Part shown: piece after piece, positions 16,590-26,478 of the stretch
How the letters are laid out: each line of letters begins with the position of its first letter
How positions within the stretch are numbered: the first letter of the stretch is position 1
Source of the DNA: Pseudomonadota bacterium
GTDB lineage: Bacteria; Pseudomonadota; Gammaproteobacteria; UBA9214
Reading direction: 5' to 3'
DNA: 64,000 nt
NCBI GenBank assembly: GCA_039714975.1
Contig: JBDLIH010000005.1
Location: 12,857-76,856 of the forward strand
Translations under genes and position numbers: made by a program
The notes under the pieces: model-generated
The model's input: only the letters and a program-made list of their open reading frames with translations
Told to the model about the DNA's origin: nothing
The model's database searches: none

Positions 16590-18229
16590 TGAAACTTTCG
16601 AAGCAAATACGCAACAATCTCCGCTTCCTGGTAGCCGAGGTTGGATCCCAGGTCACCAATCTGCAGGCCTATCTTGACACCCCCTCGGCAACCGTCGCAC
16701 GGCGTATTCTTGATCGCAGCGGCTATGCCTATAATCTTATGCTGCGGATACACGACAGTTGCCACAGTCAGGTCATCAAGGCCGGTGAATCCGGTACAGA
16801 GACTGCGTCACTGCGGACCATTGAGTCCATTGCGACTGACCTGGAACATATCACCGGCTTGTGTCGCGAATGCATCCAGCAACTGGACCAGATGCAAAAG
16901 AGGTGTTGTCCCGGTGCCGGCACCTGCAGGTACATGCTTGGCAGTATCATTCAGGGACTGGACCGGATTGAAGATGCGATCCGTCAAAACGATACCCGGC
17001 TGGCTCTCAAGATCGGCCGCATCAAACCGCGCCTGGACAAGGCCAGTCAGAAACTGCTGAGAAAATACACGGCAGGGTTGAAGCACAAGAAACATACGGA
17101 AGACCTGGTGGCAGGGTTGTTCGTGGTTCATGGCATTGAGCAGATGGGCGATGCCATGCTCAATATCAGCGAAGCCATTATATCTGCCAATCTGGGGCAA
17201 CCCATCAATATTGAACGCTACAACTCCCTGCGTGCTTCAATGGAAGAGCTGGATACGGCAAGTAACCATTCAGAACTGGTGGCGGAGACGATTGCAGAAA
17301 CCCGTTCGGGCAGCGGTATTTCCGGTATCAGCTCAACGGGGCAGGAAGATGCCGGCTATGTGGCTATCTACAAGGATGGCAAGAAGCGCAAGTTGCGGGA
17401 GGAGCGCAGGGGCCTTGCAAGCTGGCAGGAAATATACCCGGGGCTGGCGCCGAGGATTCTTTCCTACAAAAAGCGCGGACAATCAGCCTCCTTATTGATT
17501 GAACATCTGGCCGGAATGACATTCGAGCAGATATTGCTGCATGAGCCAGGCCGCTTGCTCAGACAGACCCGGAAGCAACTCAATCGCACTCTGGGAAAGA
17601 TCTGGCGCGAGACGCGTACCGGCAAGCCGGTTTCCGCCGCTTACATGACGCAACTCTCAAAACGCCTGGAGGAGGTGTATACCATTCACCCGGAATTTCG
17701 GACGGATGACTGCCGTATCTGTGGCAAGGCCGTGCCGTCGTTTGGTGCCTTGCTGAAACAGGCACATAAACGCGAAGCCGGGATCAGGGCGCCGTTTTCC
17801 GTGTATATCCATGGCGATTTCAATGTGGACAATATCATCTACGATCCGCTGGAGAAGAAAATCAATTTCATTGACCTGCACCGTTCGCGCTACATGGACT
17901 ACGTACAGGATGTCTCTGTTTTCATGGTATCCAATTACCGCTTGCAGATTTTTGATGCACCACTACGCCGGCGTATCATGTTGCTGACACGGGATTTCTA
18001 CCGTTTTGCAGCGGCCTTTGCCAGGAAATCCGGCGACACAACATTTGAGCTGCGCCTGGCCCTGGGGCTGGCGCGCTCGTTTGCCACATCCACACGGTTC
18101 ATCCTGGACAAGTCACTGGCACGCGCCATGTTCCTGCGTGCGCAGTACCTGCTCGAGCAGGTACTGGCTGCAGACCTGAAAGACCCGGCAGCGTTCCGTG
18201 TGCCGGTTAAGGAGATCTTCATTGGCTGA
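16589..18229 (+). CDS. PhoU-like domain fused to an APH/choline-kinase-fold kinase
   Basis: The N-terminal ~200 aa has two PhoU-like helical repeats (...IESIATDLEHITGLCREC..., ...HGIEQMGDAMLNISEAI). The C-terminus has the kinase catalytic loop YIHGDFNVDNIIYD and NFIDL. There is a TAATG junction with the upstream gene. Confidence 0.65.
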   Translation: MKLSKQIRNNLRFLVAEVGSQVTNLQAYLDTPSATVARRILDRSGYAYNLMLRIHDSCHSQVIKAGESGTETASLRTIESIATDLEHITGLCRECIQQLDQMQKRCCPGAGTCRYMLGSIIQGLDRIEDAIRQNDTRLALKIGRIKPRLDKASQKLLRKYTAGLKHKKHTEDLVAGLFVVHGIEQMGDAMLNISEAIISANLGQPINIERYNSLRASMEELDTASNHSELVAETIAETRSGSGISGISSTGQEDAGYVAIYKDGKKRKLREERRGLASWQEIYPGLAPRILSYKKRGQSASLLIEHLAGMTFEQILLHEPGRLLRQTRKQLNRTLGKIWRETRTGKPVSAAYMTQLSKRLEEVYTIHPEFRTDDCRICGKAVPSFGALLKQAHKREAGIRAPFSVYIHGDFNVDNIIYDPLEKKINFIDLHRSRYMDYVQDVSVFMVSNYRLQIFDAPLRRRIMLLTRDFYRFAAAFARKSGDTTFELRLALGLARSFATSTRFILDKSLARAMFLRAQYLLEQVLAADLKDPAAFRVPVKEIFIG

Positions 18230-19112
18230 ATACAAAATTGGTGTTATCGGTATACCGGGCAAGTGGTCCACGGAAACCCTGGCCGATGCCGTTGAGGAAA
18301 GGACCGGTTACCGGCGGGTAATCGATATGGGTGAGGTGAGCCTTGACCTGGAACGACAGCGCCTGCTGTTCCAGGATCAGGACCTGTGTCAGCTGGATGC
18401 GCTGATCGTCAAGAAGATCAGTGCCAGCTACAACCCCAATACCCTGGATCGCCTGGAACTGCTACGTGTTGCCGAGCAGGCCGGGGTTCGGGTCTTCAGC
18501 CGGGCGGAGAACATCCTGCGCCTGATCGACCGCCTGAGTTGCACCGTTACCCTGCGCAATGCCGGCATCCCCATGCCGGCGACCCGTGTCACCGAGGATA
18601 TCGGGGCGGCAATTACGGCCGTAGAGGATTTTGGCAGCGCCGTCTTCAAACCCCTGTATTCCACCAAGGCGCGCGGCATGTGCGTGATCGATGCTGAACT
18701 TGACCACAGTGAGATTGAACGTGAAATTCAAGCCTTTCAGGCGGAGAATCCCATGATGTATATCCAGCAGAAAATCGAGTTGCCGGGCCGCGACCTGGGC
18801 ATGGTGTTCCTGGCGGGTGATTATCTTGGCAGCTATGCCCGGGTGTCCAGGGACGATGCCTGGAACACGACCATACACAGTGGCGGCAAGTATGCCGCAC
18901 ATACACCACCGGATGCTGTAATAGAGCTTGCACAGCGCTCCCAGGCGCTGTTTGATATGGACTTCACCACGGTCGATGTCGCCGAAACAAAGGAGGGTCC
19001 GATTGTGTTCGAAGTATCGGCATTCGGTGGCTTTCGTGGTGCGCTGGAGGGTATTGGCATCGATGCTGCCGGTTTGTATGTTGAACATGTACTGCGCCAA
19101 CTGACAGTATGA
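18222..19112 (+). CDS. RimK-like ATP-grasp enzyme (GAK-system type)
   Basis: VFKPLYSTKARGMCVI, YIQQKIELPGRDLGMVF and FTTVDVAETKEGPIVFEVSAFGGFRG. Start moved to TTG 18222, 7 nt after AAGGAG (18209-18214). The track start is GTG 18198. Confidence 0.8.
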   Translation: MAEYKIGVIGIPGKWSTETLADAVEERTGYRRVIDMGEVSLDLERQRLLFQDQDLCQLDALIVKKISASYNPNTLDRLELLRVAEQAGVRVFSRAENILRLIDRLSCTVTLRNAGIPMPATRVTEDIGAAITAVEDFGSAVFKPLYSTKARGMCVIDAELDHSEIEREIQAFQAENPMMYIQQKIELPGRDLGMVFLAGDYLGSYARVSRDDAWNTTIHSGGKYAAHTPPDAVIELAQRSQALFDMDFTTVDVAETKEGPIVFEVSAFGGFRGALEGIGIDAAGLYVEHVLRQLTV

Positions 19113-19131
19113 ACAAGAGGGGGGAACGACG

Positions 19132-20220
19132 ATGGGCTACACAGAAGAATCTGCCGTGAGTGCTTTACAGGCTGAAGCACCTTTGTGTGCTGATGAACTG
19201 TATCTTGCACTCAGTGGCTGTACGCTGAGACTGCGCTCCAACTCCACGGAACTGGTGGCCGTGCTGGCCGATTATTTCTCGCATGTCGCAAGCGAATCAG
19301 TGACGCCTGACGTCGACATCATTGCCATTGAACGCGATGCGCCGGAACTGGATATCAACTTTATTGACTGGGAACGCGAGCCGGGCAAGACCGGACGCAA
19401 GGATTCCTATGCGGACCTGCCGGGTGGACGTCTGGTACGCAAGGTGCGCACCGGCATGGTGTTTCTGCAAAGTGTGCATCACCGTATCGCGGCCGGGCCG
19501 TGCCTGAAATACGACAATCAGGTGATCAACTTTATCAACTCCCAGTACATGAACTGGTTGCAGAACCGGGGCTGGTTGATCTGCCATGCTGCGGGGCTGG
19601 TCTTCCGGGGCAAGGGTCTTGGAATTGCCGGGTTCTCCGGTGGCGGCAAGTCGACCCTGATGCTGCATTTACTGGACAATGATGAGGTATCGTACCTGAC
19701 CAACGATCGTTTGTTCATTCATGCCGGTTCCGGCCAGGTGCAGGCACGTGGCATACCGAAATTGCCACGCATCAATCCCGGTACCATCGTTCACAATCAA
19801 AAACTGCACAGCCTCATTCCTGCACAACAGCGCGAGGCTCTGCTGCAGTTGCCGGCAGCAGAGCTCTGGGAACTCGAGGAAAAATACGACGTGCATATCG
19901 ACAGGGTCTACGGACCCGGCAGGATCACACCGGAGGCCCCCCTGTCAGCATTCCTGATTCTTGACTGGCAACGTGACAGTGACAGCGAACTGCAGGTAGA
20001 GCGGATCGATCTGGCAACACAACGTGATCTGCTGGGTGCCTTGATGAAATCTCCCGGTCCGTTCTACCAGTATCCGGATGGCAGCTTCCAGGAGGATACG
20101 ACCGCCTTTGATGCTTCGGCCTACCTGGATGCACTGGAAAATGTGCCTGTCTATGTTGCCAGGGGGCGGGTTGATTTTTCCACCCTGTCAGACCGCTGTC
20201 TGCAGGAGGTACTGGCATGA
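19132..20220 (+). CDS. HprK-related P-loop kinase
   Basis: GLGIAGFSGGGKSTLMLHLL...LTNDRLFI parallels the HprK/P motif G-SG-GKS...DD. Confidence 0.7.
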   Translation: MGYTEESAVSALQAEAPLCADELYLALSGCTLRLRSNSTELVAVLADYFSHVASESVTPDVDIIAIERDAPELDINFIDWEREPGKTGRKDSYADLPGGRLVRKVRTGMVFLQSVHHRIAAGPCLKYDNQVINFINSQYMNWLQNRGWLICHAAGLVFRGKGLGIAGFSGGGKSTLMLHLLDNDEVSYLTNDRLFIHAGSGQVQARGIPKLPRINPGTIVHNQKLHSLIPAQQREALLQLPAAELWELEEKYDVHIDRVYGPGRITPEAPLSAFLILDWQRDSDSELQVERIDLATQRDLLGALMKSPGPFYQYPDGSFQEDTTAFDASAYLDALENVPVYVARGRVDFSTLSDRCLQEVLA

Positions 20221-21176
20221 ACCGCGAACTGCTGCTGCTGCGCCATGGCAAGTCCGACTGGAGTACCGGTCTCGATGATTTTCATCGCCCGCTGACGGAC
20301 CGAGGCAAGCGGGGTGCCCAGCGTATCGGGGTATGGCTTGCGCAGCAGAAAATGGTACCTGATTTTATTGTCACCTCACCGGCGGAACGTGCACTGGTCA
20401 CTGCCCAAAAGGCCTGCAAGGCCATGGGGAACGGTGACGAGGGGATACAGCGGGACAGACGCCTGTATGCAGCCGGTATAGATGAATTAGTGGCTGTGCT
20501 TGGTGATTGTCCGCCGGACGCAGGTCGGGTCATGCTGGTAGGACATAACCCGGGACTGGAGGAGCTGCTGGTATGGCTGGCGAGTGATACGGTAACGGTG
20601 CCGGATGATGGCAAACTCCTGCCGACAGCGACGCTGGCCAGATTATACATGCCGGCTGACTGGCAAGCCCTGATAGCCGGGTGTGCACAACTGGATGCCA
20701 TTACACGGCCGGCAATGCTGCCGAAGAAATTTCCTTATCCTGCACCCGACGGCAAGGAACAGCGTGACCGGCCCGCGTACTACTATACCCAGTCATCCGT
20801 GATCCCGTACCGTGTGCGTGACGGGAAAATGGAAATACTGGTTATAGCGTCCAGCAAGAAGCATCACCTCGTAGTCCCGAAAGGCATCAAGGATCCCGGG
20901 CTGTCTCCCCGGGCATCAGCCGCGAAGGAGGCACTGGAGGAGGCCGGCATCGAGGGAGACATTGCGGAAACCGCGCTCGGTAGTTATACCTGTGAAAAGT
21001 GGGGCGCTACCTGTACCGTCGCGGTATATCCCATGAAAGTAACCCGTGTCATACCGGAGGAAGAGTGGGAGGAACGCCACCGGGGGCGCGAGTGGGTTGC
21101 CCCGGACGTGGCAGCAAGCCGGCTGAAACAGGAGGAACTGCGGCCCCTGGTCAGGAAGCTGGAAGCGCTGCTCTGA
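20217..21176 (+). CDS. SixA-type histidine phosphatase fused to a DIPP-like Nudix domain
   Basis: N-terminus: LLLLRHGKSDW, SPAERALVTA, LVGHNPGLEEL. C-terminus: VIPYRVRDGKMEILVI...PKGIKDPGLSPRASAAKEALEEAGI. There is an ATGA overlap with the upstream gene. Confidence 0.8.
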   Translation: MNRELLLLRHGKSDWSTGLDDFHRPLTDRGKRGAQRIGVWLAQQKMVPDFIVTSPAERALVTAQKACKAMGNGDEGIQRDRRLYAAGIDELVAVLGDCPPDAGRVMLVGHNPGLEELLVWLASDTVTVPDDGKLLPTATLARLYMPADWQALIAGCAQLDAITRPAMLPKKFPYPAPDGKEQRDRPAYYYTQSSVIPYRVRDGKMEILVIASSKKHHLVVPKGIKDPGLSPRASAAKEALEEAGIEGDIAETALGSYTCEKWGATCTVAVYPMKVTRVIPEEEWEERHRGREWVAPDVAASRLKQEELRPLVRKLEALL

Positions 21177-21179
21177 ACA

Positions 21180-21881
21180 ATGGCCAGATTGATTGCGGCG
21201 CTGATTCGACACGGCGACTATCATCAGTCACCGGACACCCCCAGTGCCCATCAACCCTGGCCGCTCAACAGCGAAGGGGAAGCCCAGGCGCAGGAAGGTG
21301 CGCAACTGCTGCATGACATGATTATCCGGAGTGGCTGGACCCTGGTTCCGTCAATTGATTCATCCCGCTTGCTGCGTGCATGGCAGACGGCGGCGATATT
21401 TGCAGACAGGCTTGCCGAGCGGGCTTCATCCCCGCTGCATATCGAGAGTTATGACGAGTTGGCTGAAAGGGGCGTCGGCTGCCTGGCCAACCTGAGCATC
21501 GCACAGATCGAGGACGTCCTGCGCCAGGACCCGCGTGTTTCCGATCCACCTGCCGACTGGAAGGCGGACAGCCATTACCGCTTGCCGTTACAGGGTGCCG
21601 AATCCCTTTTGCAGGCCGGTGAACGGGTAGCCAATCACCTGTCGCAATCCATGGCGGCATTACCGCCCGACGATAATGACCGGGTAAAGGTTTTTGTCGG
21701 TCACGGCGCTGCCTTCCGCCATGCTGCCTACCATCTCGGGGTGCTGGAGTTCAGGCAACTCAGGCAACTCAGTATGTTTCACTGCCAGCCGGTCATGCTT
21801 GAGTATATACCCGACGGGAGCTGGCACCATGTCGAGGGAGACTGGAAAGTGCGTACCCTGCAGAGCAGCTTCACCGACTAA
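21180..21881 (+). CDS. Histidine phosphatase (PGAM-like) family protein
   Basis: ALIRHGDY, SSRLLRAWQTA and FVGHGAAFRH. Confidence 0.8.
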   Translation: MARLIAALIRHGDYHQSPDTPSAHQPWPLNSEGEAQAQEGAQLLHDMIIRSGWTLVPSIDSSRLLRAWQTAAIFADRLAERASSPLHIESYDELAERGVGCLANLSIAQIEDVLRQDPRVSDPPADWKADSHYRLPLQGAESLLQAGERVANHLSQSMAALPPDDNDRVKVFVGHGAAFRHAAYHLGVLEFRQLRQLSMFHCQPVMLEYIPDGSWHHVEGDWKVRTLQSSFTD

Positions 21882-21895
21882 TCGGGAATCCAGCC

Positions 21896-23230
21896 ATGCA
21901 ATTGAAGAATTCATGCAAATACCTCCCGCGTTACAAGGGGACATCCTGGATCAAGGCCAGCCTGCCGGGGCAGGGGCAGGTCTGGATGCTGGGTAAACAG
22001 CTTTCCGTTAAAAAAGACAAATACCACAGTGCTGCCTATGCGCAGGAAATGCACAAGGCAATCGGGCAGGAACCGTGGAAATGGCCGAAACGGACCCTGT
22101 ATTTTATTTCCGATATGCATGCCGATGCCGATGCCTTCATGGCCTCCCTGGTTGCCTCGGGCGGTGTAAAAAAAACCGGGCCGCGGGACAAGGATTTCAA
22201 GCTCACCAGGGCAGGGCGGAAGTCGCGTTTTCTTATCGGCGGCGACAGTTTTGACAAGGGGCCGAGTACGCTGCGGTTGCTGGATGTTATCCGTCTGCTG
22301 ATCGATCGTGGCGGGGATGTGCAACTACTGGCCGGTAATCATGATATCCGCATGATGCTTGGAATAAGGGCGGCCGGGATGGAGCCTGACCCGAGAATCG
22401 ATCATTTTTTTATCCGCATGGGGCCCAAGATGGTTCCGTTCCTGACCGAGATCCGTGACCGCTATCTGCAAGAGAAAGACGCTTTGCACGGTGTGCCGGA
22501 TAGTCGTGAATGCAGGCGCCGGCTCTACCCCCCGAAAAGCTGGTTCCAGGAATTTCCGCAACTGGCCGTCTGGGCAATGCCGGAAACGACCATTGAGCGT
22601 GAGGTGAACAAATTACGCAAGAAGGTGAGAATCTTTGAAGCGGATTGCGAGAAGGCAGGACTGTCCCTGCGCATGGTGTACGCGGCTGCAAGGAAATGGC
22701 AGGAGTTATTCATGCATTCAAAGGGCGAATACGCGTGGTTTTATAAACGTATGAAACTCGGTTACCGTGAAGGTTCTTTTATTTTTGTCCATGCCGGTAT
22801 CGATGACCGAATGGCCAGATTGATCAGCGAAAAGGGTATGAAGCATATCAACCGGAAATTCCGCAAGCTGATGTACAGTGATCCGTTTGATTTCTACTAT
22901 GGCCCCATGGCCAATATTATTCGCACCAAGTATCGTCCGGTAGACATGCCCCTGACCCGGTATGGTGTCAAACTGCTCAGAAACAAGAGTGGTGTGCATG
23001 CCATTGTTCACGGCCATCGCAACCTGCTGCATGGACAACGGGTGATGTTGAGAAAAGGGATGGTCAATTTTGAGTGTGATACCACGCTGGATCGCAACTC
23101 AAGAAAAAAAGAGGGGCTGGAGGGGCCGGGAGCGGCGGTCACCATCTTCAGGCCGGAAGGGCTGGTGATGGGCGTCAGTACCGACTACCCTTATATCAAG
23201 GTATTTGAACCGGCATCTGCAAATCACTAA
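21896..23230 (+). CDS. Metallophosphoesterase
   Basis: FISDMHADADAF, LIGGDSFDKGP and LLAGNHD. Confidence 0.75.
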   Translation: MQLKNSCKYLPRYKGTSWIKASLPGQGQVWMLGKQLSVKKDKYHSAAYAQEMHKAIGQEPWKWPKRTLYFISDMHADADAFMASLVASGGVKKTGPRDKDFKLTRAGRKSRFLIGGDSFDKGPSTLRLLDVIRLLIDRGGDVQLLAGNHDIRMMLGIRAAGMEPDPRIDHFFIRMGPKMVPFLTEIRDRYLQEKDALHGVPDSRECRRRLYPPKSWFQEFPQLAVWAMPETTIEREVNKLRKKVRIFEADCEKAGLSLRMVYAAARKWQELFMHSKGEYAWFYKRMKLGYREGSFIFVHAGIDDRMARLISEKGMKHINRKFRKLMYSDPFDFYYGPMANIIRTKYRPVDMPLTRYGVKLLRNKSGVHAIVHGHRNLLHGQRVMLRKGMVNFECDTTLDRNSRKKEGLEGPGAAVTIFRPEGLVMGVSTDYPYIKVFEPASANH

Positions 23231-23286
23231 CACCATTCCCGGACATAACCCGGTTACCGGGGAATACCGACAACGGATTTGTAAAA

Positions 23287-23556
23287 ATGAGAAACAGAAA
23301 AAAAAGTTTCCGTCACCAGTCACTGCAGGATGAGAAATCCATTCAGGATATTCTGAAAGCCATTACCGGCGGCATCGCCAGGGGGAAAATCACCTTCAGC
23401 GATGAAGACGAAAAAATCGTCATGCGGCCCGAGGGTCTGCTGGAACTCAAGGTTACCGCTAACCAGGAAGATAATCGCAACCGCTTCAATATCCGGATAA
23501 GCTGGCAGGTGGAGGATGACCATGAGAAGAAAAAGAAATCGTTGTCCGTGAAGTGA
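23287..23556 (+). CDS. Small charged protein, amphi-Trp-domain-like
   Basis: 89 aa with an amphipathic N-terminal helix (SIQDILKAITGGIARGKI) and a C-terminal ...RISWQVEDDHEKKKK. Assignment rests on context and my recollection of the amphi-Trp definition only. Confidence 0.5.
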   Translation: MRNRKKSFRHQSLQDEKSIQDILKAITGGIARGKITFSDEDEKIVMRPEGLLELKVTANQEDNRNRFNIRISWQVEDDHEKKKKSLSVK

Positions 23557-23727
23557 GGTCGACGACACAAATGCAGCATGGGTGCCTGCGACCGGGGAGG
23601 GTGCTTCATGGTTAAACTGCAGACAAGATCTGGAGGATATCTGACTTTCAGTACGCAGAGACGTTAACTTAAGTGACATTGTTGAAAGATCTTTTACATT
23701 GCAGTCATAACTTGTTATCTTTCAGTC

Positions 23728-24390
23728 ATGCGCGCGATTATTACCAGGCACTACAAGACCATAATCAATGCGTCGGAACAGATTCTGGGTTGGGGGGATT
23801 CTCCGCGAGACAGCGGCTGGAGGGCCGATGTCGAGTTTGTCAGTGTCCGGCTGCAGGAAAACGGGATCAACTTCGATGCCGTCTATTCAAGCGATCTGGA
23901 ACGCTCCCGGCAGACTGCAATGTTTCATGCCCGGCGCCTGGGTATCCATCTCATACACGACACGCCGGCACTGAATGAAGTCAACTACGGGAAGCTGTAC
24001 AAAAAGAAAAAGAAGTGGGTGGCCGAACACTACCCGCAACACAAGAAGGATCCGGATTTAGTCTATCCGGAAGGCGAGAGTTTTCGCCAGATGCAACAGC
24101 GCAGCGTCAACTATCTTTCATCCCTGGCACAGATACATCCACTACAGACTGTTCTTATCGTCGCTCATGCCGGAGTGATAAGGGGGCTTGTCAGCCATTT
24201 CCTCAGTCTGGACTATGCGGACAATCTCAACCATAAAATATCACACCGCTATATCGGTGATTTCCTGTTTGATGGTAAGCACTGTGTGCGTTATGACGAA
24301 CTGGGTAAGCCATCCGGATTTGTGCGTGAAAGTGTCATCAAGATACCCTTTTCCTGTTCTGTCACAGATAGTCTGGTGAATACTGCATAG
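23728..24390 (+). CDS. Histidine phosphatase (PGAM-like) family protein
   Basis: IITRHYKT, SSDLERSRQTA and VAHAGVIRG. Confidence 0.75.
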   Translation: MRAIITRHYKTIINASEQILGWGDSPRDSGWRADVEFVSVRLQENGINFDAVYSSDLERSRQTAMFHARRLGIHLIHDTPALNEVNYGKLYKKKKKWVAEHYPQHKKDPDLVYPEGESFRQMQQRSVNYLSSLAQIHPLQTVLIVAHAGVIRGLVSHFLSLDYADNLNHKISHRYIGDFLFDGKHCVRYDELGKPSGFVRESVIKIPFSCSVTDSLVNTA

Positions 24391-24543
24391 TTCCGACCCG
24401 TGCTGAAAATTTCCACCCGATCAGCCGGGAACACCTGGGTTTTCTGAGCTATCCTGCTGACACGGCCGGCCAGGCGTATTGGCAAGGCACATGGATCATG
24501 TCAGCGCCTTGTAGCTGCCCGCCATCTAAAAACAGGCAGATAG

Positions 24544-26376
24544 TTATACCGCATGTTCAAGTACTTCCTCAGGCAGGACAGTCTTGGCCATGCGCTTGGA
24601 GAAATAATAGATCCGCTTCAGTTTCTCGATTAAATCCATTTCGATTGTGTAGGCCTCCAGCCGGTTTGGTTCGTCTGCAACCAGTCGTTTGGCCTGGTGC
24701 ATGGTGGCTGAATCAATCAGACGGGCGATGTCATCTTTCATGGCAATCACTTCCTGCGCGGCCTGCTGGTCAGCTTTCATGACAGCATCCATGGACAGCT
24801 CCGCTGTTGTTGAAACGATGCCATGCAGCTTGTTGAGGACCTCCTGGGTCATATCACTGATGGATACCTCTTTATCGATACGCTGATTACCGAGGTAGAC
24901 CATCTCCTTTTCGATGACATCACCGATATTTTCCAGGTCATTGATGGCCTCCATCAGGTCGACGAGTTCACGGGTCTGCTTTTCCGAGAGCTGATTGCGG
25001 CTGATGCGGCCGAGATATTCGATGATGTGCTTGTAGAGAATGTCGACCTCGTCATCGATTTTGGCAATCTCCTTAAGGGTGGTACGATTACCCGACATAA
25101 TGGCCGGCATGATCTTTTCCAGCATTTTGTTGACGCGCTCTCCCATATGGCCTGCCTCCAGTCGTACCCGGTCCAGCGCCAGCGAGGGGGTTTCAAGGAG
25201 TTCATCGTCAAGATACTTTGGTCTTGCAATCATTTTTTCTGCCATCGGCCTGTCTGGCACCAGCCACTCCACCAGTCGTGCAAACTGGCCGGCAAGTCCG
25301 ATAAAGATGAAAGTATTGGCGACATTGAATACGGTATGGGCATTGGCGATCTGGCGCGGCGCCTCGGCACCCAGCCGGTCGACCCCCGCCAGTTCCGGGT
25401 GGGCGGGTGACAGCCAGGTGACGAATTGTGCCAGGTAGGGGATAAAACCGACCCACAGCAGTACGCCGAAGACATTGAACATGACGTGCACTACCGCAGC
25501 ACGAACGGCTTCCCGGGGTTTGCCGATGGCCGCCAGCATGGCGGTCACGCAGGTACCGATATTGGCACCCAAGGCAAGCGCAATACCGGCCTGCAGGGTA
25601 ATGAAGCCCTGGGTCGCCATTACGATCACGATACCCGTGGTTGCCGAGGATGACTGGACCAGTCCGGTGAAGGCTGCAGCGACCAGAATCCCGACAAACG
25701 GATTTTCCATGCTGGTCATCAGATCCAGGAACGGCTGATAGCTGCGCAATGGCTTCATGGCCTCGCTCATGACGCTCATGCCGAAAAAGACCATACCAAG
25801 CCCCATCAGCATGCCGCCATAGTTTTTTATCTTTTCCTGTTTCGAGAAAAACAGCATGCCGAAACCCACTGCAATCATGAGCAGTGCCGCCTTGGTGACC
25901 TTGAAGGCGACGATCTGGGCGGTGATGGTGGTGCCGATATTGGCCCCCATGATGACACCGATAGACTGGGACATGGACATCAGGCCGGCCGTGATAAAGC
26001 CGACCACCAGTACAGTAGTCACCGACGAGGACTGGATGATAGCGGTTACGAAGGCACCGGTCGCGGCCCCCATGAAGCGGTTGGTCGTCAGTTTCGCGAG
26101 GATGACTTTCATGCGTTCGCCGGCAACCGCCTTGAGTGCGTCGGCCATTTGCTCCATACCGAACAGGAACAGTGCCAGCCCGCCCAGCAGCTTCATGCCC
26201 ATATTCCACCATTCCATTTCACCCGGAGCGCCGCTGGCGGCCAGTGCCAGTGCCGGTGCAGCCATTAGCCCGGCCATTGCCGCACAAATCATTAACAGTG
26301 AAACGGGAATACTCTCCAGCAGACTGATGGCTTTGAAACGATGTCGCATGTTGCTCTCCTCAAGGAGTGTTTTCAT
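24544..26376 (-). CDS. Na/Pi cotransporter family protein with C-terminal PhoU-like domain
   Basis: Duplicated QSSSVTTVLVVGF / QSSSATTGIVIVMA motifs. The C-terminal ~230 aa is helical and PhoU-like. Confidence 0.85.
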   Translation of the reverse strand: MKTLLEESNMRHRFKAISLLESIPVSLLMICAAMAGLMAAPALALAASGAPGEMEWWNMGMKLLGGLALFLFGMEQMADALKAVAGERMKVILAKLTTNRFMGAATGAFVTAIIQSSSVTTVLVVGFITAGLMSMSQSIGVIMGANIGTTITAQIVAFKVTKAALLMIAVGFGMLFFSKQEKIKNYGGMLMGLGMVFFGMSVMSEAMKPLRSYQPFLDLMTSMENPFVGILVAAAFTGLVQSSSATTGIVIVMATQGFITLQAGIALALGANIGTCVTAMLAAIGKPREAVRAAVVHVMFNVFGVLLWVGFIPYLAQFVTWLSPAHPELAGVDRLGAEAPRQIANAHTVFNVANTFIFIGLAGQFARLVEWLVPDRPMAEKMIARPKYLDDELLETPSLALDRVRLEAGHMGERVNKMLEKIMPAIMSGNRTTLKEIAKIDDEVDILYKHIIEYLGRISRNQLSEKQTRELVDLMEAINDLENIGDVIEKEMVYLGNQRIDKEVSISDMTQEVLNKLHGIVSTTAELSMDAVMKADQQAAQEVIAMKDDIARLIDSATMHQAKRLVADEPNRLEAYTIEMDLIEKLKRIYYFSKRMAKTVLPEEVLEHAV

Positions 26377-26478
26377 TCTTGATGTACAGTGACGGACCCG
26401 GGACAGGTGGAATACCTGTGATCGGTCCCGGAGTTCTGGTGCCAGGGGGCAGCAAGGCCACCCGGATCCTGCAGGCTC

